Assembly (NCBI RefSeq): GCF_006345805.1
Contig: NC_043020.1
Span: 29,450,001 to 29,514,000, forward strand
From: Octopus sinensis
Lineage: Eukaryota
DNA: 64,000 nt
Direction: 5' to 3'
Positions 41,286-53,427 of the stretch are shown piece by piece. Numbering within the stretch: position 1 is the first letter of the stretch; each line of letters starts with the position of its first letter. Position numbers and translations under genes: made by a program. The notes beneath the pieces are model-generated. The model saw nothing but the letters and a program-made list of their open reading frames with translations. It did not search any database and had not been told where the DNA came from.

Positions 41286-41342
41286 TTACGGATGCTCAAC
41301 CAATTCTACTTAACAGTAATGCAGGAAAGTCTTGGAACTTAC

Positions 41343-41465
41343 CAGGAGTCAATGCAAATTTCACAAAAGCAATGCATACAAGGGAGGATTATTTCAGACT
41401 TCCTTTCCATGCAAATGCAACATTCTTCATCTTCTTTATCGGACGAAGTCCCAATCTGTTCGACC
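41343..41465 (-). CDS. RNF141: RNF141 coding exon 4 (RING N-terminal half)
   Basis: Acceptor tttttgtttcag and donor TG|GTAAGT. Encodes (E)VEQIGTSSDKEDEECCICMERKSEIILPCMHCFCEICIDS(W); compare RNF141 [31 protein letters not shown]. Confidence 0.96.
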
Positions 41466-41677
41466 CTGAAACAAAAATATACATCATCATCATCAACATC
41501 ATTTAACGTCCGTTGTCCATGCTGGCATGGGTTGGACGGCTGGATGTCCTTCCTAACACCAACCACTCTGGGAATGTAATGGGTGCTTTTACATGTCACC
41601 GGCACAGGTGCCATTTGTATGACAGTGGTATCTGCCATGACTGATTTTACTCAGCTGTAACATATATGTTATATATA

Positions 41678-41708
<31 letters not shown>

Positions 41709-42687
41709 CGTCATTAGAGTGTGACCATGCCAAAGCACCACCTTGAGGAATATTTAGTTGAAAGAATCGACCCCAATACGTTTTTTTAAAGCCTGATACT
41801 TATTCCATCGGTCTCTTTTGCCAAACTGCTAAGTTACAGGGATGTAAACACACCAACATCAGTTGCCAAGCAGAGATAAGGGACAAACACAGGCACAAAG
41901 ATACACACATATATGATGGGCTTCTTTCAGTTTTCATCTACCAAATTCACTAACAAGGCCTTGGTCGGCTCAAGGCTATAGTAGAAGATATTTGTCCAAG
42001 ATGTCACGCAGGGGGACTGAACCCAGAACCATGTGATTGGGAAAAAAGAACCGTGTAATCCTCTCTTGTCAACTTGAGCATGTTTTCTATGGTTGGATGT
42101 CCCTCCTAACATCAACCAGTTTGCAGAGTGTATTGGGGACATATTGTGTGGAACCAGGGCTCGTAAGGTCACCAAGTAACTTGCAAAACAGAGGTTATTG
42201 AAGCAGGTTTTCTATGGCCAGGTGCCCCTCCTGTGGCCAATCATTGCCTCTTTCCAAGCGAGGTAATGATTCTTGATGGCCAGACATTTTCTCACAGAAT
42301 ATTGGAAATGGCACTGCTTGTATGACAGTGGAAACTATTTACAGCTATCATGAAATGTCAAGACAGGGAGACACAAACATACACACACCTACACTCAAAC
42401 ACACAGACACATTACACACACACACATGCACATATATATATATAAATATACACATAGCTATATACATATGTATACATATGTGTATATAACGGGAAGGTTT
42501 ACGAAAATAAACAAAAGATGAAGGCAGATAGAGTACAAACAAACAATTGTATTAGTATGGCGCTCAGGAATAGAAATAGAACAAGTCTTTTACGTTTCAA
42601 GCCTATGCTCTTCGACAGAATGATACACAGAAAAGAAACAAGGAGAGAAAAAGAATGCATGTAGGAGTTAACGGTCCAACATGGCGT

Positions 42688-42718
<31 letters not shown>

Positions 42719-42952
42719 AGTATATAAGAGTGTATGTGTGTGTGTGTATTTTTATAAATATGTATGTGTGTCTGCATAGCAGGAAAGAGAGAGAGAGAGA
42801 GAGAATGAAAATATAAACCTAATGAGGAGGGGGAGATAATTTGAAGAAATTTATTGCAATTGAGTGATTTTGGTGTCTTATAGAAGGAAACCCCTACTTT
42901 GAGATTATTCAACAACATCAAGTGAAGACCCTTGTCTTAAGTTAATACTTAC

Positions 42953-43119
42953 TCTTTAAAAAGTAGGGAGGCTGAGCATGTCCCACTTGACGCAGAGTCC
43001 CCACTCTGGTCATTCAGGTTCATGCTGGCTATTTGCTCCGTGATTTCCTTGTAGAGCAACACATACTCCCTCAGGTTCAGGAGACGGGAAGATTCAACTT
43101 TCATTGTACGAGTATTGAT
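42953..43119 (-). CDS. RNF141: RNF141 coding exon 3
   Basis: Acceptor ttctcctttcag and donor GA|GTAAGT. Encodes INTRTMKVESSRLLNLREYVLLYKEITEQIASMNLNDQSGDSASSGTCSASLLFK, homologous to [27 protein letters not shown]...SCQASLW. Confidence 0.93.
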
Positions 43120-43524
43120 CTGAAAGGAGAAAGAGGAGAACGGTGTTTGGGCTTCTTTGTTTTGTTTTTTAAATACTTAATCAGAGAAAGGAGAGCAGAA
43201 GTGGCCATCCGTTACCTGGTGTAATCCCTCATTGTACAGGGGAGAGAGAGAGAAGAGGGAGAGAGAGAGAAAAAAAGTTTGTTTTCCATGTTTTTGTTTT
43301 CCCTGTTCTCGTTTTACATGTTGTTCACATTTTCTTCGATGTCCTGTACCCATATATGCATGTATATATACTACATATATATGTAGGTATGTAAATATAT
43401 GTATGTATATATGCATATATATATATGCATATATATATATATTATTATATGATCGAATGCCACACATCCATTTTCAAGAAAGTTTTATATATATGTGTGT
43501 GTGTGTGTGTTTGTATATGTGTAT

Positions 43525-43570
<46 letters not shown>

Positions 43571-43903
43571 CAAAATAAGCAACAGCATATCAAGTAGTAA
43601 TACAGTACGACCGTTTCAAGTGGCCCCATTTAATTGAAGAGTGCAATCATATAATGGTTAATGTTATGATTGCATTGTTCAATTAAATGGAACCACTTCA
43701 AACAATCATACTGCATCACTTCTTGATATCCTGTCGCTTATTTTCACTTTATTCACCATACTTCAAGCTGTGCAGATAATCCCAGACTGACTTGGTACTT
43801 CAACTTAAGTACCTAGTTCAAATGAATCTCAATTATATATATTTATATATATATATATATATATATAATTGAGATTCATTTGAATTAGGTACATATATGT
43901 ATG

Positions 43904-43961
<58 letters not shown>

Positions 43962-44367
43962 CATATGTTCCATATTATAACCATGCTCTAAAATTAAGTG
44001 GTTTCAAAATGGCTTCAAAGATAAAATATTTTATATCCCCGATACAAAACTCAAAACTAAAATTGGCCAATATCTTCAGAAGAACCAACCTACAATCTAA
44101 TACTATGGTATCTAATACTAGATAAACCAATTAGATATTAAAAAAAAAAAATAATGCCCAAATAAATAATGTTTCATTTAGGAATTTCCATAAGTATTAA
44201 TCGTATAACTCCGACCAACTTAAGGAAACCAAATATTCAAAAATCTAGGAAACAGAAAATAACATGGTTTGCCCTGCCCTTCTCTCTTTAGGTTAGATCA
44301 TAATTGAAATTATGGTAACGTTTTTGACCAGCAGGATGGACATTTCTTCACCAATGGACTTCAAGCA

Positions 44368-44700
44368 TTCATCATCATCATCGTTCAACTGTGGTCGAGA
44401 CAATGGAATTTACCTTGCTATGCCAGACTTCACGGTCCATCATAGCATTACGGAGGTCCTTTTGCTGGATGCCTGTATCCCTGGAGATTACATCAGGGTA
44501 GGAGAGTGTGCGCCCTCTGGTATTGCGAGTAGATGGCTTCCAGGGGAGGAGAGTAGAAATTGCCTCTTTTTCAGCTCTACAACAATGTCCAGCAAACTGG
44601 ACTCTCCTACCTTTCACAAGAGATGACACAGGTGGTAGTTTCTCATATATTTGCATTTTGGTTGAATGGCGCCTCCATGAGAGATGTTGTTCAAGCACTG
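44368..44700 (-). mobile_element. RTE-like LINE 3' end with (TGA)n tail
   Basis: Encodes SWRRHSTKMQIYEKLPPVSSLVKGRRVQFAGHCCR...MMDREVWHSKVNSIVSTTVER* followed by (tga)n. An ~80-bp copy of the same 3' end lies at about 49475-49560 (+). Confidence 0.8.
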
Positions 44701-44875
44701 CAACAACGGTGGAAGAAGCATGTGGGCCACAAATGGGGAACTATGCTGGAAACTAAACCTCATTTTGTCACATTCCATGAGAGTATCTTAGTTGGCCTAT
44801 GAACATTCCAGGAGACCCTTGTTAAGATAAGCACACACACACACACTGAATTAGGAATTATATTTGCTTTCTTAC

Positions 44876-44984
44876 CTTCTGACATCGAATGCGTACTGTG
44901 CCCTTCCATAAGAGTGTGTCGTCGGTTCCGATGCAGACAGAAAAACGCAACTGTTTACCTTTGCGATCAGCAAACCCAGCAGTA
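44876..44984 (-). CDS. RNF141: RNF141 coding exon 2
   Basis: Acceptor ctctttacag and donor AAG|GTAAGA. Encodes (T)TAGFADRKGKQLRFSVCIGTDDTLLWKGTVRIRCQK, homologous to RNF141 ...[27 protein letters not shown]. Phases fit both neighbours. Confidence 0.92.
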
Positions 44985-45099
44985 CTGTAAAGAGAAAAAA
45001 CTTCAGATGAAAACCATTGATTTAGTTATTATTTTTAGCTCTAGATCAATCCTCATGAGGCAGACCAATGAATTCAAAGCCATTCCGGACATGACTATC

Positions 45100-45540
45100 C
45101 TAGATATTTATATTCCCATGTCTGTCAGGGACTACATTAACCATTGTGTTCTTTAGGATGTCAGGATGTGATTTGAGTGTGATTTGGTTGATATTTCTAG
45201 GTAAATCAGCCGGCTGTATAAAGGCTTCCCTCTTTGGCTTGTGTGGCTGTTGTTGTTTAGACCGACCCATGTTAGGCCTCATCAAGAAGATTTATAAACT
45301 GTACTGAATTCAAAATGGTAACCAAAGTTACTGTTGAAAAGACAGTGGATAATCTTGTAGACTTTTACCAAGTCAGTTGCAAGATGGTGAACCTTTAGTA
45401 TGTCGAAGCCCAGAGAAGCAATCCATTCCAGATATGGTAAGTTACTGAGAGAGGGCAGTCATCCGGTTGCATGTCTCTGGACCACTTCCAGCAGGTCAAT
45501 ATTCTGGACTAGATGGAGGTTGCAGACTACAGATGCAAAC
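45100..45540 (-). mobile_element. CR1-like LINE 3' remnant
   Basis: Encodes NIDLLEVVQRHATRM...LPYLEWIASLGFDILKVHHLATDLVKVYKII, matching the CR1 LEKVQRRAT..LPYEERL..LGL..DLI..YKII pattern. Confidence 0.75.
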
Positions 45541-46680
45541 TGTAAGTGTGGATGTATCAAAACAAATTCAAACAGTATTTGATTAGAGTACCCACAAGTA
45601 CCCCATTTGGCCAACAGAAAAGAAAAACAAAGCATTCAACCTATAAATATATCTATTTCTTTATTGCCCACAAGGGGCTAAACACAGATGGGACAAACAT
45701 GGACAGACAGACGGATTAAGTCGATTACATCGACCACAGTGCATAACTGGTACTTAATTTATCGACCCTGAAAGGATGAAAGGCAAAGTCGACCTCGGCA
45801 GAATTTGAACTCAGAACGTAGTGGCAGACGAAATACCACTAGGTATTTCACCCGGCATGCTAAAGTTTCTGCCAGCTCGCCGCCTTATATATAAATATAC
45901 CAGTTCTTCCTCGGCCTCGGGTCTCTCCACAAGTTGTAACCTGCAAAGAGCACAAACACTGCACTTTGCATCATCCATAGACTGCATACTGATCACCTGT
46001 TGCACATCCAAACAAAAATATCCCATAAGACTACCTGCACATGCAAGAAGTGCAATTTGTGATTGCAGCAAGCTCCATATCTCACAGTTCCCACATGCAC
46101 GACTGCACCTGAACAGACGCAAGCAAGGCAATGCCTCAAAATGCTTTCCCTTGCATTCAGCCAAGTACACTGGACAGTAAAAAGGGTGCAACATGTCCTT
46201 AATGTCACGACTTAGTGGTAAATGTATTCAATTCTAGGAGGTGTTTTGTGTCCTTAATTGACTGAATTTCATGTTGCTCCAGTCTAGGTAGCTGGCAAAA
46301 ATAGGTTCTACCTGGAATCCAAATGGGTTAGCTTTGTCACATTTGTGTACCTTGCTGAATCTCCCTGAGAACTATGTTAAGGGATTATGTGTCTGTGGAG
46401 CGCTCAGCCACTTGCACATTAATTTCACAAGCAGGCTGTTCTGTTGATCGGATCAACTGGAACCCTCGTCGTCATAACAGACAGGGTACCAGTTATTATT
46501 TTTTTTGCCTAACGCATGTCAGTATATGCAGTACCAGGCTAAACTAGGAAATGATATGAAATATTTGGAGCAATAAATCGATGGATTGCATCTAGCCATT
46601 CAGCCAACAGCCTCAGGGCTTTAGGACTGTCCAACCTGATGATCTTTGACTACATCAATAAAAAAAAAATAAATATATAG

Positions 46681-47080
46681 GCATAGGAGTGGCTGTGTGG
46701 TAAGTAGCTTGCTTACGAACCACATGGTTCCGGGTTCAGTCTCACTGCGTGGCACCTTGGGCAAGTGTCTTTTACTATAGCCTCGGGCCGACCAAAGCCT
46801 TGTGAGTGGATTTGGTAGACGGAAACTGAAAGAAGCCCGTCGTATATATGTATGTGTGTGTGTGTATTTGTGTGTCTGTGTTTGTCCCCCCAACATCACT
46901 CGACAACTGATGCTGGTGTGTTTACATCCCTGTAACTTAGCAGTTCGGCAAAAGAGACTGATAGAATAAGTACTAGGCTTACAAAGAATAAGTCCTGGGG
47001 TCGATTTGCTCGACTAAAGGCAGTGCTCCAGCATGGCCACAGTCAAATGACCGAAACAAGTAAAAGAGTAAAAAAGAGTA
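46681..47080 (+). mobile_element. Full-length Octopus-type SINE (tRNA head, CORE-like region, (TG) spacer, LINE-like tail)
   Basis: Runs from gcataggagtggctgtgtggtaag to gaaacaagtaaaagagtaaaaaagagta; ends 22 nt from the RNF141 exon-1 donor. Confidence 0.9.
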
Positions 47081-47102
47081 TATCACTGGAATATATACTT
47101 AC

Positions 47103-47248
47103 GTTCTATTGAGTTCATTAACAGAGTCTAAAAATTCTTCATAAGTAAGGATAGCAGTTTTCTTTATAATATCAAGATGCTTGGTCAATTTGCCTTGGAC
47201 AATACCAAGGTAACTGACAGCTTCTGGAATGCTCTGATTCTGGCCCAT
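47103..47248 (-). CDS. RNF141: RING finger protein 141, coding exon 1 (exon starts 47279; ATG at 47248)
   Basis: Encodes MGQNQSIPEAVSYLGIVQGKLTKHLDIIKKTAILTYEEFLDSVNELNR, matching the RNF141 N-terminus (MGQ...LTYEEFL..V.ELN). Acceptor tttaatttcag|47279; donor AC|GTAAGT; ends in phase 2. Confidence 0.95.
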
Positions 47249-47344
47249 CTTGTAATCAATTAGTAAGGTGCTGTAACCCCTGAAATTAAATGAGCAACAA
47301 ACAGTTAACACCATGAAAAAAAAGATCGCTGAAATGAAATCCAT

Positions 47345-47870
47345 ATCAATCATCATCATCATCATTTAATGTTTGTTGTTCATACTGGCATGGGTTGGAC
47401 AGTTTGACCAGAGCTGGCAAGATGGAGGGCTGCACCAGACTCCAGTCGGATTTGGCATGACTTCTATGGCTGGATGCCCTTCCTAACGCCAATTAATATT
47501 AATCAGAACCAAAATCGAAGTCGATCAACATCAATGGAAATTGCAGCTGTGATACCAGTGCCAGTGGCACGTAAACGAACCATCCGATCGTGGCCTTTGC
47601 CAGCGCCGCCCCGACTGGCCTCCGTGCCGGTGGCACGTAAAAAGCACCATCCAATCGTGGCCGTTGCCAGCCTCGTCTGGCACCTGTGCCGGTGGCACGT
47701 AAAAAGCACCCACTACACTCACAGAGTGGTTGGCGTTAGGAAGGGCATCCAGCCATAGAAACATTGCCAGATCAGACTGAGCCTGGTGCAGCCTTCTGGC
47801 TTCCCAGACCCCAGTTGAACCGTCCAACCCATGCTAGCATGGAAAGCGGACGTTAAATGATGATGATGAT
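47345..47870. mobile_element. Inverted pair of LINE 3'UTR fragments with (ATC/GAT)n tails
   Basis: 47345-47492 (+ reading) and about 47520-47870 (opposite orientation) share a perfect 31-nt inverted match (47462-47492 vs 47730-47760). Other copies lie at 41485-41640, 50770-51067 and 51120-51245. Confidence 0.8.
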
Positions 47871-47940
47871 GATAAATCATATAAAAATAAATCTACTATC
47901 TCACTTTATACACACAGATAGCCATGTATATCCTCTATAG

Positions 47941-48197
47941 CAGTGGCTCTCAACCAGGGTCCATATGGTCCCTAGGGAGTCCAGACAGACCTTAGGGGTC
48001 CATGTAAGATTTTGCTGTTAAAATTTATCTGCAATAAATTGCTCATACTTGGACAATACACAAAATATTTAACAATATTTTATAGCATTCCTAAAAATAG
48101 AGTAGGATTTTTTTAGACATTGAAGGGTTTTGAATGTCCATCTCAGTGAAGTAGGAATGAAAGGGATCCATGGGCTAAAAAGGGTTAAGAAACACTG
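47941..48197. mobile_element. hAT (Buster/Charlie-type) MITE
   Basis: TIRs CAGTGGCTCTCAACC / GGTTAAGAAACACTG; perfect 8-bp TSD CTCTATAG at 47933-47940 and 48198-48205. Confidence 0.92.
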
Positions 48198-48358
48198 CTC
48201 TATAGCAAGACCCCTGTATTTGTCCCTTTATCATACTTTAGCCTCTCAACACCAAGCATAAGGCCACCTCCTCCTCTCAAATACTCTCCTAACACATGCA
48301 GTCGAGGAGTTGGCATGAAAAAAAGAAAAACAAAGCAACCAGTACACACTGTGAAAGC

Positions 48359-48502
48359 GGAGGCACAATAGGAAGCAGAGGCACAATGGGAAGCAGAGGC
48401 ACAATGGAAAGCAGAGGCACAATGGGAAGCAGAGGCACAATGGAAAGCAGAGGCACAATGGGAAGCAGAGGCACAATGGGAAGCAGAGGCACAATGGAAA
48501 GC
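48359..48502. repeat. 18-bp tandem repeat, 8 units (AGAGGCACAATGGRAAGC)
   Basis: Direct reading. Confidence 0.95.
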
Positions 48503-49561
48503 AGAATACTGAGTGACAAAGGCCTCGGCTGATGTATTGAGGAGAGATGTCTGTGCAAATATAAAAGATGGGGAGTTGTTCTGAGTGAACAGAGTAGCTT
48601 CTTCATGGTGTCTATGATAGAGGAAGAGGTGTGGGGGGGGGGGGGGATCACAAGATGGATTCTTGAAGCCAAGCCAACCAGCAGGAGATGTAGGGGTTGA
48701 CCAAGAATGAGATGGTTGGATAAGATTCACAGCCTCAGTGAGTCACACTTGGGACTCTCGTCAGAAAGAGTAATGAAGTACTGGAGTCAACTTGTTCAAG
48801 TAAACCCAGCCACGTGGTGCTCCAGCATGGCCACATTCCAACGACTTGAAATAAGCAAAAGATAAAAGATACCGCAAGTATTTACTGTACCACATGATAA
48901 GTTTATCTGCCCCCACCCCACCCCACCCACCTACTAATTCCACGAATCGACTCGCTTCCCTTTTTGTCAAGTATGAAGGAAAACAATTGTTAGACTGAGA
49001 TAAGAATGACAGGTTTCATAAAACAGCATTGCTATAAACGTGAAGAAGAGTTTTTGCATCTCACACATTGCATTGCATGTCACATCACATCTAAGGAACA
49101 GGAAGTCACAATCAAGGCCAAAACAGATAATGTAGTTGTGAAAAGTAAGCAGTGACACATTGAGCAGTTGCTCACGGGGCTTGCTGTTAATAAATTCCAT
49201 AGTTTTTTCAAATGGCTAATAATGTGTGCGCACGCCACTACTACACACATTGGAAAGCATTGTACAACCAAGCACTAAAGAAGGTCTTTCCTCCTCCATG
49301 AAGCAAAGCTGTTCCCGCTGGACGTCAACCCAGTATTTCTAAGCTACGGACCGAATGATTTATTGTAAGGTCATCTCCCTAGATAGATTGCCTTCACTAC
49401 GGCTAAGGAGCCCTTTCTACCCCACTGACACAGGTTGTACTGGTTTACAGTTTACCAGTAATAGGATCCGACCTGACAATGCTATGATGGACCGTGAAGT
49501 CTGGTGTAGCATAGCAAATTCTATTGTCTTGACCACGGTCGAACAATGATGATGATGATGT

Positions 49562-50030
49562 TAATAAATATCATAGGACTCAGAGTACTGATGAGTTTAG
49601 GGGCCTCAAGGGTCTAGAACCCATTTCTAATCTCTGTATGTTGTGACTTGCTGTCAATATATAAATATTCTTTCCTACTCTAGGCACAAGGCCTGAAATT
49701 TTGGGAGAGAGGGCCAGTCGATTAGATCAACCCCAGTACACAACTGGTACTTAATTTATCAACCCCCAAAGGATGAAAGGCAAAGTTGACATTGGTGGAA
49801 TTTGAGTCAATACATAAATGTTATAGGGTCTAATGATGAGTCTAGGGGCCGCACGGGTCTAGAGCCCATTTCTAATCTCTGTATGTTGTGGTTTGCTGTC
49901 AATATATAAAAATATTATAGGGCCCAGCGTACTGATTTGCCTAGGGTCTCACAAGACTAAGGGCTCGTTTCTAACCTATGCATGCTGTGGCTTGCTGTTA
50001 ATAAATACTCATGGGCCAGTGTGCTAAATT
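49562..50030. repeat. Diverged ~100-bp tandem repeat interrupted by a SINE (49668-49805)
   Basis: Recurring ataaatat.ataggg...tagggg..c..gggtctaga.cccatttctaatctctgtatgttgtg..ttgctgt.aata, about 3-4 units. Confidence 0.75.
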
Positions 50031-51030
50031 TGTACTCACAAGGCTTTGGTCAGCCCAGGGCTACAGCAGAAGAGACTTGTCGCAGGTGCAGCACGATGGG
50101 ACTGAACCCAAAACGACATGGTTGCAAGTGAACTTCTTAAAACCACACAGCCAAGCCCACACCTATCCAGACTGATAAAACTGATGCAAATGAATGTCTT
50201 AGAAACGGGAAACTAGAACACGAAACACAAAGTAAGAGAGATTGGTCTCAAGTGACAAGAAAACTCCAGATAACGGAATTTAATCAGAAAAATGAAAGAA
50301 ACCAACAATTGATATTTAATCTCATTGTTTAGTTTTTTAAGATAAAACTTGTTTCTTTGTTGGCTTTCATTTTACAATTTGCTGAAATTTAAATTTCATT
50401 TATTTTTATTTATTGTATCGTTTTGTTTTTTTGTTTTTTTGTATATTTTTGTATTTAAGGGAAAGTTTTCCATTGTTTTCCTCTACTAAAATTAGAACAT
50501 TTCCCATTATTAAAGTTTTAAAGATGAAATATCCTTCCTATTATAATAGTCACAAGGACTGACATTTGGGTCGGAGAGGAAGACAAGCTGATCGCATCAA
50601 GCGCCGATGCTCAAATGGCATTTGTTACATTGACCCAGAAAGGACAAAAAGGCAAAGTCGACCTTTGTGGCATTTGAACTCAGAATGGAGAGATACCAAT
50701 GATTTTGCCATCTCGTCACCTAATGTCGTCATTGTTTAATGCCTATGTTGCCTGTGACAGGATTCAGTGGACAGCATTCTGTTCCAGTGTCTGCTTTGGC
50801 ATGGTTTCTATGGCTGGTGGCACGTAAAAGCACCAACCGATCATGGCCATTGCCAGCCTACCCTGGCACATAAAAAGCACCGACTACACTCACAGAGTGG
50901 TTGGTGTTAGGAAGAGCATCCAGCTGTAGAAACACTGCCAGATCAGACTGGAGCCTGGTGTAGCCTCCTGGCTTCCCAGACTTCGGTCAGACCGTCCAAC
51001 CTATGCTAGCATGGAAAACGGACGTTAAAC

Positions 51031-51069
<39 letters not shown>

Positions 51070-51811
51070 ACATACATACAAAGCGCTGTAAAGTGCTTTG
51101 CATTAGGAAAGGCACCTGGCCATAAAAAAAAAAAAACTATGCCAAAACAGAGAATGGAGGTTGGTGCAGTCCTCTGACTTGCCTGCTCCTGTCAAACCAT
51201 CCACCCCAAACCAGTATGGAAGACCAATGATGATGATGATGATGATGAAAATGTGAGACGCTGAAACAATGGGTATAAAACCATGTGTTCGGTGTTGTTT
51301 ATCAATGTAATATTTTTTGATAAGCACTGTCATTATATTTAAGAATAGAAAGCAACAGCTGACAAACACAGAAAATAGAATCTGCTTTTAGACAAGAAGC
51401 GTAAAGTATTTCTGAACAATCAGAGAGAGAACACAAGCAGCGGCCAGGCAGAACCATTCTTTAGAGTGCCAGGCTGTGATGTTTGTGAGGCTGGTATCAA
51501 AAGCAGTGCGAAAATGGTCATAGCTTTTTTATATGGCATTTTCTTATCATCCTCAACAGCCACAGTTAATTATTTATTAAAGGATTAGTAAATAAACTCT
51601 TACATTCATGTGATGGGTGAAAGAGCTGATTGGTGGACTTTTAGAATAGCTATCATGGAGAAGGAAAAGAGCCAAGAACTGGGCAAGAATTTGGTAGTAA
51701 ATAAAAAATTTGGTTGTCAATAATGGGAAAGTACAACATCATCATCATCATCATCATTTGACATCCATTTCCCATGACTGTTTTGGCATGGTTTCTACAC
51801 CTGGATGCTTT

Positions 51812-53341
51812 GAAGCAAAAAGACATTCTTTGAAGCAAGCCAAGAGGGCCATCTCGGCAACAAACTTCAGTGGTTGCTGAGGCTTCCTATGAGATCACCA
51901 TGTTGATTGCAAAGAGCTTGAAGAGCCATAACATCAGAGAGTCTCTCATAAAACCAAATCTGCTCCCTGCAACAGAACTCATTCTGGGAAAAGACAGTGC
52001 AAACAAGCTCTCCCAGATTTCACTATCAGATGATACAGTCAAGGGAAGGATCGACAACTTGTCTCAAGACACCAAAGATCAAATTCTTGACCAAGAAAGA
52101 GATTCTCCTGTTTTTGCCATCCAGTGTGACGAAACGACTGACATCGCTCAGTGTTCTCAGCTTCTGGTATTTGCTCGTTTTGTATCAGGCAACTGTGTGA
52201 AAGAGGAAATGTTGTCTGTCACCCTATGGATAGTTGTACAACAGCAGCAGCTATTTTTCGATGTATCAAATTTCTTTCAGGAAAACCAACTTCCGTGGGA
52301 TTCGCTAGTAGCAGTGGGCACTGATGGAGCTCCAGCCATGCTTGGTCTGCAGTCTGGATTCATTACTAAGGTGAGAGAAAAAAAATCCATCTGTTGTAGG
52401 TACACACTGCATACTTCATCGTGAAGCCTTAACATCCAGAAACTTACCTGCTGAAATGAGAAATGTGGCTATCAAGGTTGTCAAGTTTGTTAAAGGTGGA
52501 GCCTTAAACAGTCGTCTTTTCAAACTATTGTGTAAAGATGTGGAATCTGAACATGAAGCATTTCTTTTTCATACGAACGTACGATGGCCATCAAAGGGGA
52601 ACATGTTTGGACGGCTTTATGAACTACAAGAAGAAGTAGTAATATTTCTAGATTTGCAGCAGAAGGCAGATCTCCATGACAAGTTCTGGTCTGAAGGCTT
52701 TCAGCTATCTCTAGCTTACTTGGTGGACATCTTTGAAGCATTGAATGCTCTCAACCTTAAACTAAAAAGGTAAAACTTCAACATTCTCACACACCACGAC
52801 ACCATTTAAACGTTCATGGCCAAACTTGACCTCTGGAAATGTCAAATTCAGCAGGGAAATACAACCAGTTTTAGTTACTTGGATTCTGCTCTCATTCATG
52901 GTAACCTTGATTCTGAGTTAAAGAAACAAATCTAATTGCCTTGGAAACAGAATTCATCAGATACTTCCCAGATGAAAAGCGTGAAGCTTGGGAATTCATC
53001 AGGAACCCATTTCAGTGTGAAGTGATGATGTTTTGAATGAAGTGCAAAAGGAGTTTCCTGAGCTGAAGTTCAACTCCCAGGCTAAGGAAGACTCCAAAGA
53101 ACTGGATTTTGGAACGTTCTGGATCAAGTACCTTCCTGTTTACCCTCTCGTCTCACATTAGACTCTTCAGATTTTAGCCATGTTTGAATCCACATATCTT
53201 TGTGAAGCTGCATTTTCCATGCTCGTTGCTGTCATGACCAAGTACTGACATAGGCTGAACGTTGAAAGGGACTTACATTGTGCCCTCTCTGGCATTCAAG
53301 ATCTTGTAGTTAAGAAGTAGTGTCAAGTATCTCACCAATAA
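51812..53341 (+). pseudogene. Decayed hAT transposase of Buster/Charlie type (ZBED5/SCAND3/FAM200-like)
   Basis: Encodes EASYEITMLIAK..H.I.ESLIKP, ISLSDDTVKGRI, FAIQCDETTD, VGTDGAPAMLG, FHTNVRWPSKG, LAYLVDIFEALNALNL and STYLCEAAFS motifs, with multiple stops and frameshifts. No TIRs found. Confidence 0.92.
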
Positions 53342-53427
53342 TATGACTAATTTATATTCAATAAAAAAGACTAAAAACATATTTTAGATTTTATTAAAAT
53401 ATGGAAGGGAATTTTATTCACAGATAT

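Noticed and set aside
49580-49625. CTGATGA followed by a hairpin in the ~100-bp array (retrozyme-like?)
   Set aside because: No GAAA follows helix II, and the core is not conserved in the other units. The same applies to CTGACGA at about 6194 and 7074.
51812-53341. Buster transposase near RNF141 echoing human RNF141-ZBED5 proximity on 11p15
   Set aside because: This copy is a frameshifted transposon relic, whereas ZBED5 is a mammalian domestication, so the proximity is coincidental and not synteny.
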